The notes beneath the pieces were generated by a model. The model saw only the letters and a program-made list of their open reading frames with translations. It was not told the origin of the DNA and searched no databases. Shown here in pieces: positions 48,245-62,050 of a stretch of DNA of 62,050 bases (position 1 is its first letter; every line of letters starts with the position of its first letter). The stretch spans positions 1 through 62,050 of the forward strand of contig NIVC01003492.1 of NCBI GenBank assembly GCA_002269645.1, read 5' to 3'. The position numbers and the translations under genes were made by a program. The DNA is from Macrostomum lignano. Lineage: Eukaryota.

Positions 48245-51200
48245 TCAGCCGACAACCAGCACGCCACTGTCGCTGATGCTGTAGGGCGGCACCTCCAGGT
48301 TGAGCGGCGCCGGGCCCTTCCTGATACGGCCGCTGGCGTCATAGTGCGAGCCGTGGCAGGGGCAGTAGTAGCCGCCGTACTCGCCTGCGTGCGAGATCGG
48401 CACGCAGCCCAGGTGGGTGCAGATGCCCAGCAGCACCAGGAACTTCGGGTCCTTCACCCGATCCTGGTCAGTCTCGGGGTCGCGCAGCTCCTCCAACGAC
48501 ACGCTGGCAACGGAGTCGACCTCCGCGTCCGTGCGGTGCCGGATGAACAGCGGCTTCTCGCGCCACTTGAACACGGCGTTCTTGCCTTCGGGAATGCTGG
48601 CCAGGTCCACCTCCAGCTTGGACACGGCCAGCACCGCCTTGCTGGGGTTCAGGAAGTTCACCGTGGCCCGCACCAGCTGCTTGGCGCCCACGGCGAACAC
48701 GGAGAGGCCAACGCCGACCACAAGGTAGCTGACCATCTTGCGGTCAACCTCGGTCTCGGATTGGCTCTTGGTTGGATCGCGCGTGGAGTCGCGGCGGTAG
48801 TAATCGAAGTTGGGGTACTTGCACACGTCCGTGTGGGCGTAGCGAACCTGCTGCCCGCCTGGGGTGACAGCAATAAAATATGAATAGATTATCACTTACT
48901 CAAGATGTTACTATGTTGAGCTACCACAGGCCAGTTGCAAATGCTGGCTATTTAAACAGTCATAGGACATAAAATTATTTTACATAGATTTACTTATATA
49001 GATCTTACGAGCTAAATTGCATGAAAATAAGAAAGCCAACAGTTAAACTGGTATGAGTAGATAGGTTCCATTTTTTCGCCCTGCACTACAATATCATTAA
49101 TGTACCAGCCAATATTTTATTAGTAAGCTATACAGGATTTATTAGTTATATAATATAAATAAAACTACAAAACTAACCATTTGTCTTAAATCACATAAAT
49201 TTCAAGTTTTTTTAGTTTTATCATAGTTAAACAGAATCTATATATAATTAATATAAAAAAGTTATACTTTGTAAAACTTCAAATCTGTTAAATGTAACTA
49301 TTTTTTCTAAATAAAAAATTTCCAATAGCATTCTAGTTGTTAGTTACTAAAAGATGAAAACTGAAACAGTGACTAATTGACAACTGGCAGTCTAATGCAT
49401 ATTGTACCATTTTTTAGCTTCCTTAATTATCAAGATTAAAGGACCATGAAAGCTTAGTATACCATTGAAAAGTAAAAAACATAATGATATAAGAAAACTG
49501 ATTGGAGTAGCCTTAATCTATACAACCCTTGCAACTGCTCCTCTATCTTATTCTTCAATTTAAGTCTGCTGCAATATGGCTAAGTTCTGTTATTTGTAAA
49601 CATTGAGAAACTTTACTTGCATTTTCAAAAAATGGGAACCATAGATAGAATCTTCTCTGATGGTGCTGAAGTATATGTCATTGATATTAGTGTGCATTAG
49701 TGTATGCCAATCTATACTGAATGTAGCTTTGAGATATAAATTTTGTATGCTAGTATACACTAACAAATTTTTGTATGCCAGAATAAGCTACTTTTTGTTG
49801 TATTATAACTCTTATAAAACATATATAGAAATTAAACAATTAAAACACTAGATAAATTGATAAATAACTATATTTATCTACAAAAATTAGCCAAAACTGT
49901 TTTGCATTACTCTTATATGCACAAAAGAGCCCAGTGTGCACTAGACTTTAAGGTCTTATGATTATATATGTACACTAACCAAGTATATTAAGGACCCCCT
50001 ATTGTTGTGTTCTATGCTTCTTTGATAAACTAGAATGAAGTTGTGAGATACAAATTACTATGTGTTCAAAACTCAAAATGAGCTCTTAGCTCTATAATGC
50101 ACTTGTATATTTTCTAGCTAGCATTCACTAGCTTTAAGCCTATACCTATAAAGTACAAATCTCCCAGCATGTCTATGGGAATATCTTACAAGAATAAAAT
50201 GCACTATTAGTCATTAGTGCTATAACACTTATATGCTAGAATTTTCTATGGCAAAAGCCACTTTCTTGACTATGCCAATGGCCTTTATCTATTGCATATC
50301 TATGATTTTATTATAAAATATAAAATCTAAAAATCTAAAATTTAGCTTATTTAAATAGCAAATATTGAAGCTCAAAGTTTAAGCTAGCTATATAAATTGA
50401 ACAAATTAGCCATTGCCTATTCTATAATGAAGAATCTTTGTGGCTATCTTTTATTTTTGTATATTTAATTATTTTATTAGAAATTAGTAAGCCTTACTAA
50501 GTTTCTATCTACTGCATTTGCCCATATTGGCTGACCTGGCCGATCTGGCTACCGAAAATTGTGGTGGACCAGGGGTAAGTCACAAAAATGCCTATTCCAA
50601 AGAATATAAATGAAGTACTGATTAGATGATGAGGCATTTAGCCCTAATAAGACAGTTATAGTTACTCTAGCCATTTACCCAAAATTATATTAATTATGCT
50701 TTTGGTTTCTTTTATAGGTAAGTCACATTTTTTGTCAAAAAGTAAGTCACATAGCCAATGTAAATCAGTAGGGTTGCATATGTATGATATACTAACTGAG
50801 TTTACTTTTATAGTGACCATTTTGTCTAAAGCTAGCCCATTTTAATGAATGATTTGTTGAGATTAATCCAAGCTTCAGAAAAGAACAAAGTATCTATTGT
50901 TTCAAAAAGTCAAAATGATAAAAGATGAACTTTAACAGACTATTTTATTGTCATATATGATATGATTAGTAAAATGTTATTTTTAGGTGTTATTCCATTA
51001 CAACAAGATTTCAAAGTAAAATAAAAAACTGGAACTAAAAAACCACACTGTTATCCCTAATCTATCAATTGCACTATAAGCATATACTATATAACATAGC
51101 TACCATACTAGCTAAGTTGTGAGTTTTTAAATGTATAAATTGAAAATATGTGCAAGGCAGTCAATAAATAATATTTTAAAGTTACAATTATCAAAGTAGT

Positions 51201-52608
51201 ATATTTGTAGTTATAAGTTATAAGTAGCCTATCCTTTTGTCAAACTGGTCATTTTTTGCCAAAAGTATATATCTATGTAAACCTCCACTCCCGAATCTTA
51301 CATATACGCCGGAAAATTCCGGCGTACAGTAGACCTTAAAAAATGCTTGGCGTATAACATCTGGCGTAACACAACAGCTATGCCAATTGTGCGCCACTGC
51401 GCCGGCATATCGGTGTCTGGCGTAGATGTCTGGCGTGGCAGTAGACATATAAAATGACATATTCACGTATTATATATTTAATTGACGTACAAAAAACGTT
51501 TAAAAATGTTTTTATGAACAAAATGTTAAAACAAAATACAAAACAAGAAACACTATACAACAGTTACTATTTATTTATTCTCAGATTTTCGTGTTTATTA
51601 AAGTAAAAAGTAATTTTACTCAAAAAGAAAAGGGACCTAAAATTTGAGTTTCAATTAGGCGTAACGTTGCAATTTCATTCCAGCGTACATATACATGTAC
51701 AAAATTTTTTTCTGGCGTAAACTTACATTTATGGTGTAAAGGGTCATTTTTTCCGGCGTACCATATAACAGATTTGAGAGTGTGGATGTAAACTAAAAAA
51801 TCACTTCACAAAAACTTTTTTGCCAAAAAATATTTTGCCAAAATAGGCTATACCTATCTATACATAATATACACTACAGTAAGAATTTAATTTAAATCTA
51901 AAATTCATTTTCATATACATTATTCTAATTTGATTTTTGCCTTTTTATTGCTCTTGTGTTCTTAATCTTACTTTTAGCATATGAATGACAGAATATGATG
52001 ATATATTGATTTCAATTTCTAAATAAATAAATCCATATACTAAAAATTGTATATTAGTATATGTGCATGTGATCAATTTTAGAAAAAATAGCTCAACTGA
52101 TTTTCTTTGAACTTGCATCATTTAATCAGAAATTTCTACTTATCTTACTTGATTTACTTGTAATTTTACTTGTCTTTGCTTTACCTTGGCATTAGTACAA
52201 AAATTATGGAATAAATTGGTCATTAGTTGCCAATGGCAATTGGTTGGCACAACTAATTGTACCACAGATTAATATTCGAGTATTTGCTCAAAATGTGGGG
52301 ATAGAAACGAAATACATGTGATTGTAAATGTAAGCCAAGTGTGATGACTTCATCTTCATATTATTACAATGTGTCAATAATTTACCTTGAAAACCAGCAA
52401 TGACAGACATGTTCGTAGGTGTAGATAGAAATGGTGAAAATGATTTTGCTCTTTGACGAGTAAGAGCAACTTGGACACCATAATCGAATTTTACATGCTT
52501 GGGTGGAGGCAAAAAAGGAATTGGGCTTTTAGAAAAGGGAGTAGGGATCGAAGCTACCTTTGCCAATGAAGAATTAGCTGTTATAGCAGCTCTTCGGCAC
52601 ACACTCAT
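48245..52608 (-). CDS. UQCRFS1: Mitochondrial cytochrome bc1 Rieske iron-sulfur protein, about 278 aa. Exons 52608..52386 (presequence) and 48858..48245
   Basis: CTHLGCVP and CPCHGSHY 2Fe-2S motifs, AHTD mature start and KWREKPLFIRHR. Exon 1 is an Arg/Ser-rich presequence ending CAAG/GTAAAT in phase 1, matching the acceptor CCCCAG/GC in phase 1. Confidence 0.93.
51225..51850. mobile_element. MITE-like non-autonomous element in the Rieske intron
   Basis: Imperfect terminal inverted repeats of about 90-110 bp (TAGCCTAT..TTTTTTGCCAAAA..TACGCCGGAAAA) and about 9 internal GGCGTA-type motifs. Confidence 0.55.
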
Positions 52609-53832
52609 TGCTTTAAACAGAGAAACAGACTTACAATGCTAATAATTAGTGTTTCACCGAAATTTGGGTTTTTCTTTCGCTGAAGTAAAATTTATGTTAA
52701 CAATATTTAATAGAAAGTCTTCTGTAGTTTAAGCCGAAATTAAAACCTTTAGCAAATATAAGCCTACTTATAATATATAAAACGTATAAATAAAAAATGT
52801 ACTTTTTTCAATCATTGTTAACAAGAAAATATCTACAACTTAGTCTCAGAAAAAAAGAAATTTGTTTTAAACACTGCACGGATCAACCCGCGTTGATCAT
52901 CATAACATGCCTGGGGACATATACACCCACTTAAGTACAAGGACGATTGATGATTGTAGTATTCACAGTACAGTATAGTGGTACTAGGCAAAAACTAAAC
53001 AAAACTAAACAGGCATGTACTAAACAATGGTACCTTTCTTGTACTGGCATGTGCTCAGGAGTCAGCGAAATAGGCAAATTTGCATTAGCCCTGGTTGTGG
53101 GACTTCGTCGTCTAGAGCATTATTCCAAAGGCGCCCATAACCTTGCGGTAATTATTATTGTTACTGTTTTTCATAATTATTATAACTTGGTCTAACATCA
53201 TTTTTTAAGTATACGTACTTGATAAACTTAATGCTTAAATACAACCAGGAACAAAACAAAAACCAGCACATTTAAATATAATTGGATAACGCTATAAAAA
53301 TAAATAGATAAAGGAGAATAGCGGTTTGACCAATTGATTATATTTAATGCAATTAATTGTTAAAGTAACCAACGTTTAAAACATTAGTACAAATCATTTA
53401 AGTACGCCTTCCTTACTTTTGAAAAAAAAGAAAATAAAATTACGATAAAATATCAATGCAGTGCAGAACCATAGAAACGTGAATGTCATTCACACTAAAT
53501 AGAGACTAAAGAAATGCATATTACGAGCGTAATAGTTCAACAGAAGACATGTAGTACATAATTCAGTGCATACCAAAAGCATGCAAAACATAAATATTAG
53601 TGTGCAGCGCTAGTACTTTTTGTTGAGCTGTGCCTGAAGTACCAATGTAGCAAGTGAGACAGCACCGCATTATTTACAATCAAGTTACATATTATTGGAT
53701 TCACTCGTAGAAATAAAAATGTAAATAACCGAAAAGCCATGCAAAACTGCCTACTTATCAATACAAGAGACTCGGTTTTACAAAGTTTTTTTAACTAAAC
53801 CGGAAACAGAGCGGGCTGAGCAACTCCCAACA

Positions 53833-55610
53833 TCACTTTGCAGCGGCACGGCGTCCCCTGCGCAGCGGCCTCTGGCGCTGCTGCCCGTCGCGGAAGCCCT
53901 GCAGCGTTGGCGGCAGCCCGGCGCCGTCGACAACGCTGCTGCGCGGCTCAAAAACGTCGTCGCCAGCGGCGCAAGACTCCACCTTGACGTCGACAACAAC
54001 TTCGCGTCGGGCGCGGCGCTTTGGCGGAGCCGCCGTTGAAGCCGCAGCCGTCGCCAGCGAAGCGGCCGGTGCAGGCGCCCGCTTGGCGGCGCCGCGTTTG
54101 GCTCGACCGGCCGCAGCGCCTCCGCCAGCGGCGCCCGACGGTCGAGGCGGCGTTCGCGTAAGACGCGGACGACTCGAGAACGGGTCCTCGGCCGGCGGCT
54201 CCTTGGCGGCTTTGGCGGCTGAGTTACGCCGCTTAACGGCGGATTTAGCAGCTTGCGGCTTGGCTTCCGGTTGCGGCTCCTGACAAAAGGAATTCAATTA
54301 TTTACAGTAGCTTAATAGCCGCAGGTACTTCAAGATCACCAACATTCAATAACCTTCTGACGATAGGTTACCAGGCTGAAGATAAAACCGAAAAAATTGA
54401 TGCGACGGAACTGTTCGACAATCTTCTTTGCTCCATAAGGATCGACAAGGCGCTGCTTTCGAATTCAAGCCACAAAAATTTTAAAGAAAATCACTTCTAG
54501 AATTAACTTTGGGCTACGAATAAATCGCGAATTCAAACAAAATAAAAAACGACAACAGCACCTGTTTTCTCTGTTTCGGTGGCCCCGGTTTTGACGGCTT
54601 CTGTTCCGGCAGCTCCGGTTTCGGCAGCTCCGGTTTCGGCGGCTCCGGTTTCGGCGGCTTCTGTTCCGGCAGCTCCGGTTTCGGCAGCTCCGGTTTCGGC
54701 AGCTCCGGTTTCGACGCCGGCTGCGCAGCAAACAGCGACGCCTCGGCTGACGGTCCTGACGACGCCGCAGCCGCAGCTGCCGTCTGCTGGCTGCAGGCCG
54801 AGGTAAAGTTGAGCGGCCGCAGGGGGCTGCGGCGGATCAGGTCTCGCTGTGAGAACGGATCCGTGTAGGCCGTGAGCAACACGCTGAGCTGCTCACCGAT
54901 GGTGGCCACCGAGGCTTCCAGCGGTCGTTCGTACTCGGACTCGACAGTGGCCAACAGCTTCTGGCTGGCTGTGACCGACCTGAGCCAGGCGGGTAGTGGG
55001 GCAGTGGAACTGCTAAAGATGAAGCTGTATTAGCAAGGGAATGGGAATCTGGGAGGGTGGCGGTGGCCCAGCAACTGAGGTGACCACGAGAGAAGTAGAA
55101 GCAAGATAGTTTGCTTTCACAAGCTACAAATTTCACACTATCCAAAATTTCGGGCTGGTTACTTTCACTAGAGCGGTTGTGAAACGCCTCAAAGGATGAG
55201 GAGCAGCGGGTTGCCCACCTGTACAGGCAGTCCAGAGCGCGCACATTGTGAGAGTGCAGCTCATAGAGGGAGCCGCCGAGCAGCTGCTGCTGCCCCCCGG
55301 CGCCCTCCTTCAGCGCAGTCACTTGCTGCTGGAGCCGCAGGTTCTCCGCCTGCAGGTGGCGAACCTGCTGGTTGAGCTGCGCGATCTCCGCCAGGTGGCA
55401 GCCGCGCTCCTGGGCCAGGGCCCGGTTGTTCTCCCGCAGGCTGCGCACCACGCACTGGCTCAGGCAGCGGGGCGCCCGCCGGCCGACCGCCGCCAAGGCA
55501 GTCAGCGCCGACTTGCGCAGCGCCGGGCGAAGGGCGTGACGACGAGCCTGCGTTTGCTGCGGCGCTGGCGTGGCCTGGGAAGGCGGCTTTGTCATGGAGA
55601 TCTGGAGCAT
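53833..55610 (-). CDS. Shugoshin-like coiled-coil protein, about 429 aa. Exons 55610..55219, 55012..54562 and 54279..53833
   Basis: LRENNRALAQ..QLNQQVRHLQAENLRL resembles the shugoshin N-terminal coil (NNRALAQAL). GT-AG introns have matching phases (2, 0). PKPEL coding repeat at about 54590-54710 and a basic low-complexity tail. The canonical SGO C-terminal motif is not evident. Confidence 0.55.
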
Positions 55611-55620
55611 GGATTCGGGA

Positions 55621-57260
55621 CTGTGAATGTAGCAGGCTGGTACTGTGAATGTAGCAGGCTGGTACTGTGAATGTAGCAGGCTGGTACTGTGAATGTAGCA
55701 GGCTGGTACTGTGAATGTTGCAGGCTGGTACTGTGAATGTAGCAGGCTGGTACTGTGAATGTAGCAGGCTGGTACTGTGAATGTAGCAGGCTGGTACTGT
55801 GAATGTAGCAGGCTGGTACTGTGAATGTTGCAGGCTGGTACTGTGAATGACTATGAATGTAGCAGGCTGGTACTGTGAATGACTATGAATGTAGCAGGCT
55901 GGTACTGTGAATGACTATGAATGTAGCAGGTGAATGCAGCAGGCTGGTATTGTGAATGACTATGAATGTAGCAGGCTGGTATTGTGAATGACTATGAATG
56001 TAGCAGGCTGGTATTGTGAATGACTATGAATGTAGCAGGCTGGTACTGTGAATGACTATGAATGTAGCAGGCTGGTACTGTGAATGACTATGAATGTAGC
56101 AGGTGAATGCAGCAGGCTGGTATTGTGAATGACTATGAATGTAGCAGGCTGGTATTGTGAATGACTATGAATGTAGCAGGCTGGTATTGCGAATGACTAT
56201 GAATGTAGCAGGTGAATGTAGCAGGCTGGTATTGCGAATGACTATGAATGTAGCAGGTGAATGTAGCAGGCTGGTATTGTGAATGACTATGAATGTAGCA
56301 GGTGAATGTAGCAGGCTGGTATTGTGAATGACTATGAATGTAGCAGGTGAATGTAGCAGGCTGGTATTGTGAATGACTATGAATGCAGCAGGCTGGTACT
56401 GTGAATGACTATGAATGTAGCAGGTGAATGTAGCAGGCTGGTACTGTGAATGACTATGAATGCAGCAGGCTGGTACTGTGAATGACTATGAATGCAGCAG
56501 GCTGGTACTGTGAATGACTATGAATGCAGCAGGCTGGTACTGTGAATGACTATGAATGCAGCAGGCTGGTACTGTGAATGACTATGAATGCAGCAGGCTG
56601 GTACTGTGAATGTAGCAGGCTGGTACTGTGAATGCAGCAGGCTGGTACTGTGAATGTAGCAGGCTGGTATTGTGAATGACCTTGAATGTAGCAGGCTGGT
56701 ACTGTGAATGACTATGAATGTAGCAGGCTGGTACTGTGAATGCAGCAGGCTGGTACTGTGAATGCAGCAGGCTACTACGGTGAATGACTATGAATGCAGC
56801 AGGCTGGTACTGTGAATGCAGCAGGCTACTACGGTGAATGACTATGAATGTAGCAGGCTGGTACTGTGAATGCAGCAGGCTGGTACTGTGAATGCAGCAG
56901 GCTACTACGGTGAATGACTCTGAATGCAGCAGGCTGGTACTGTGAATGTTGAATGTTAGACTAAGGACTGTGAATTCTGCAGACTAAGGATTATGAATGC
57001 TGCAGAATGCCTATGTGAATGATGCAGACTGCCTATGTGAATGATGCAGACTGCCTATGTGAATGCTGCAGACTGCCTATGTGAATTCTGCAGACTGCCT
57101 ATGTGAATTCTGCAGACTGCCTATGTGAATGCTGCAGACTGCCTATGTGAATGCTGCAGACTGCCTATGTGAATGCTGCAGACTGTCTATGTGAATTCTG
57201 CAGACTGTCTATGTGAATTCTGCAGACTGCCTATGTGAATGCTGCAGACTAAGGACAGTG
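55621..57260. repeat. Compound minisatellite of 22-, 32- and 12-nt units grading into a second 22-nt unit; it abuts the acceptor upstream of the shugoshin-like ATG
   Basis: Minus-strand unit TACCAGCCTGCTACATTCACAG near the gene; CTGCCTATGTGAATGCTGCAGA (+) distally. Confidence 0.95.
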
Positions 57261-57913
57261 AATGCTGCGGATTGGGGAAAGTAAATGCAGCAGACTGGTC
57301 ATGTGAATACTACAGACTGAGAATGGTTTAGCACTTGTCGATGTCATAAATCTTCGGAACTCCTCCTATACTCTCACTAAAGCAGTTACAAAATAAGCCA
57401 CGAAGAAAGGCTGAGGCTGTGCAGGACAGCAGCGCTTGGAAAGCAAAACGCAGCGCGGCAAAAAGCATGTTATTAAGGTTTTCGTACATTCGCAGGAGTT
57501 CTAATTATTCAGACCACAAATTATTTGAACACCAAAGCATATCAGTGGAAAGGCATAACTAGCAGTATTAATAATGTAGGGCCCATGTAGTTGGGGTGAA
57601 TTAGCTGGAATACAAGCCGAAAAGTGAGTGGTACAGAAAACCGCATAAGTATTATTATTCAATTAGGGCGCAGTTGGTTCACAGCTGGGCAAAACTGTCA
57701 GAGGACTCCAGGGGAATTAACAGAATCGTGAGAGATTGCGGGCAACTCTACAGCTGAGTCCGTTTGCTGCTCCGAGCGTACGAACCAGCGCTTGCTATTG
57801 CGGTAAACAGAAAATCCACTACTGCAGGATATACATTGTACGAAATAAAGAGACGCTACCCGAACTTTCAACTGGTTGAGTTGGTAACCATGGTGACAGA
57901 GTACAGCAGTTAT

Positions 57914-60196
<2,283 letters not shown>

Positions 60197-60914
60197 GTTG
60201 AGACCGCTAAGAGCATGGGAGCAGGAGATAAGCGCGAGTTAGAGAAAGTTGTGCATTGGGGATCTGACAAAACAAGAAAGAAGATTTTTGTGTCTCATTT
60301 AAATCTGGATAAGATTTAGTTGTGTATATTGACTCACTGGCTATGTGAAACAGTCACTACATATAAAACAGTCACATATAAGTTTAAAACAAACCACTAG
60401 CCAATTATGCTAGAAATTTCTAGTGTAAAATAAAAACTTATGATTTTTTGGGTTGCAATATGTGCCTGTGCACATTTAGCCTTAGAAAAGCCTTGGTTGG
60501 TAAGTCACACATTCAAAACCATACTAGTTTACACTGGCCATGCAACTTAATTTTAAAAATACTTCTTTGCTCCAGTAGCCAGTTGCAACACTCTAATGTT
60601 TTATTTCTTTTCCCCATGCATTGCCATGCATATTGAGAATTTGTTCCTAGAATAAATTTATTATGATCTAGACTACAAGCCCAAAATGGTAGAATACAAA
60701 TTGTGGCTAAAATGAGATTATAAATGAAATTAAGTATTTTTAGACTAATTCCCAAAGTTAAGATAAAATATTATACTTTTCAAATGACAATCTTTCTTAG
60801 ACAAAAAGACTTACTTAAATAAAAACTCTAGACAAAACATCTTATACTCCACTTTAGAATATTTGTCTGAATTTTTTTCTGAAATCTACTGCATACCCAA
60901 AAAACTCATTTTTA

Positions 60915-61209
60915 GCATATGGGATTCCATTAGTATAAAGTTAATTAAACCATACACCTTTTCACTTTCAGTTTTGAAATACCTGTAACCAATTTTAATA
61001 GGTTTGGCATCTGCATATGGGATTCCATTAGTATAAAGTTAATTAAACCATACACCTTTTCACTTTCAGTTTTGAAATACCTGTAACCAATTTTAATAGG
61101 TTTGGCATCTGCATATGGGATTCCATTAGTATAAAGTTAATTAAACCATACACCTTTTCACTTTCAGTTTTGAAATACCTGCAACCAATTTTAATAGGTT
61201 TGGCATCTG
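60915..61209. repeat. 98-bp tandem triplication upstream of PSMC2
   Basis: Copies start at 60915, 61013 and 61111 and are nearly identical. Confidence 0.93.
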
Positions 61210-62050
61210 ATTCTGACCCTTTTTGGCTGTGGCAGCTTTGGTTTTCAACCAGTTTCAACAAACTACAATACAAATTTTAACAGTTTGCATGTACTTCCAA
61301 TATATAGTCAATCAGTTCTAACAGCTGCCAACCATTAAGTACAAATTTGTAAAGCATCTATTTTCAGCCAATTGTAACAAATTATAAGGGAGGTCTCATT
61401 TACTTAGGTTTAAAAGAGATGCTAGATTTCATTGAAGAAACCATTAAAACAAACTTAAGTATGACTTTAGCTGAGTTGAAAACTAGATTATATACTCAAT
61501 GGGCTATATGCAGAAAGCTTAGTCCAGACTAGCTAGTCCGGACTTGGGTAGTTCAGTCTATGGTCTATGGTCTAGCTACCCTAGTTCTGTCTATAGTAGA
61601 CCAGTCTAACTTTGTGTTTCTGCATACCAAATCCAAGTCCAGACTAGCTTTTCAAGACCAGACTACCCTAGACAGAGCTTTCTACATACAGCCCAATATC
61701 TTAACAAGCATGAGGTTTCCATTGCAACAATTGGTTAGTACCTTGAAAGGCTATTGTATATAACAAAGCTTATAAAAGGTTGTTAATAGAGAGAAATTCA
61801 TTGGCAAATCTGGAATAGCATTGTTCCTATTGTGAGTAGTGATACAGTACAATAATCATAGTTTAAAGATCTATATAGACAAGTTTGGCTTTCAATTGTT
61901 AGACACAACACATGTAAAGACATGCTTTTTAAGGCCAAAGGGTATATAGACTTATTACAAGTTTAAACTATCTTTATTCATTGGTTTTTCTGCATTGTAT
62001 CTCTATGGGTTGGATTAATACACTTCTAAATTTATTATTAGCATGACAAG

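Noticed and set aside
52611-52634. 24-nt GTAAGT..AAG segment just upstream of the Rieske ATG
   Set aside because: Probably too short to be a cis-intron; kept only as an acceptor-like site in the trans-splicing finding.

Overview
Eukaryotic (metazoan) genomic DNA. GC-rich, intron-poor genes, minisatellite-filled introns and a Pro-Ala-type nicotinic receptor suggest a free-living flatworm such as Macrostomum; this is inference only. Eleven gene loci can be supported: two head-to-head FkbM-family methyltransferases, a 1665-aa secreted repeat/discoidin/Asp-box protein, a Cys-loop nAChR-like subunit, QSOX, a GH38-like/DUF5054 hydrolase, a partly duplicated cytochrome b561, a two-pore K+ channel, the Rieske protein UQCRFS1, a shugoshin-like coiled-coil protein and proteasome ATPase PSMC2/RPT1. 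Mobile DNA comprises a nested pair of decayed LINEs, a tRNA-derived SINE with a 13-bp target-site duplication, and a MITE-like element. About fifteen tandem arrays are present. The most striking pattern is that several arrays are built from splice sites: the single nAChR intron is tiled end to end by about 44 GT..AG (twice AT..AG) segments of 28-68 nt with zero-length exons, and arrays in PSMC2, cytochrome b561 and the shugoshin-like gene reiterate the authentic donor or acceptor. Also notable are a 430-bp, 99%-identical inverted block inside the two otherwise divergent methyltransferases, and a possible trans-spliced cluster (PSMC2, shugoshin-like, Rieske). Several single-base frameshifts may be long-read assembly errors. 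All exon coordinates were derived by eye.
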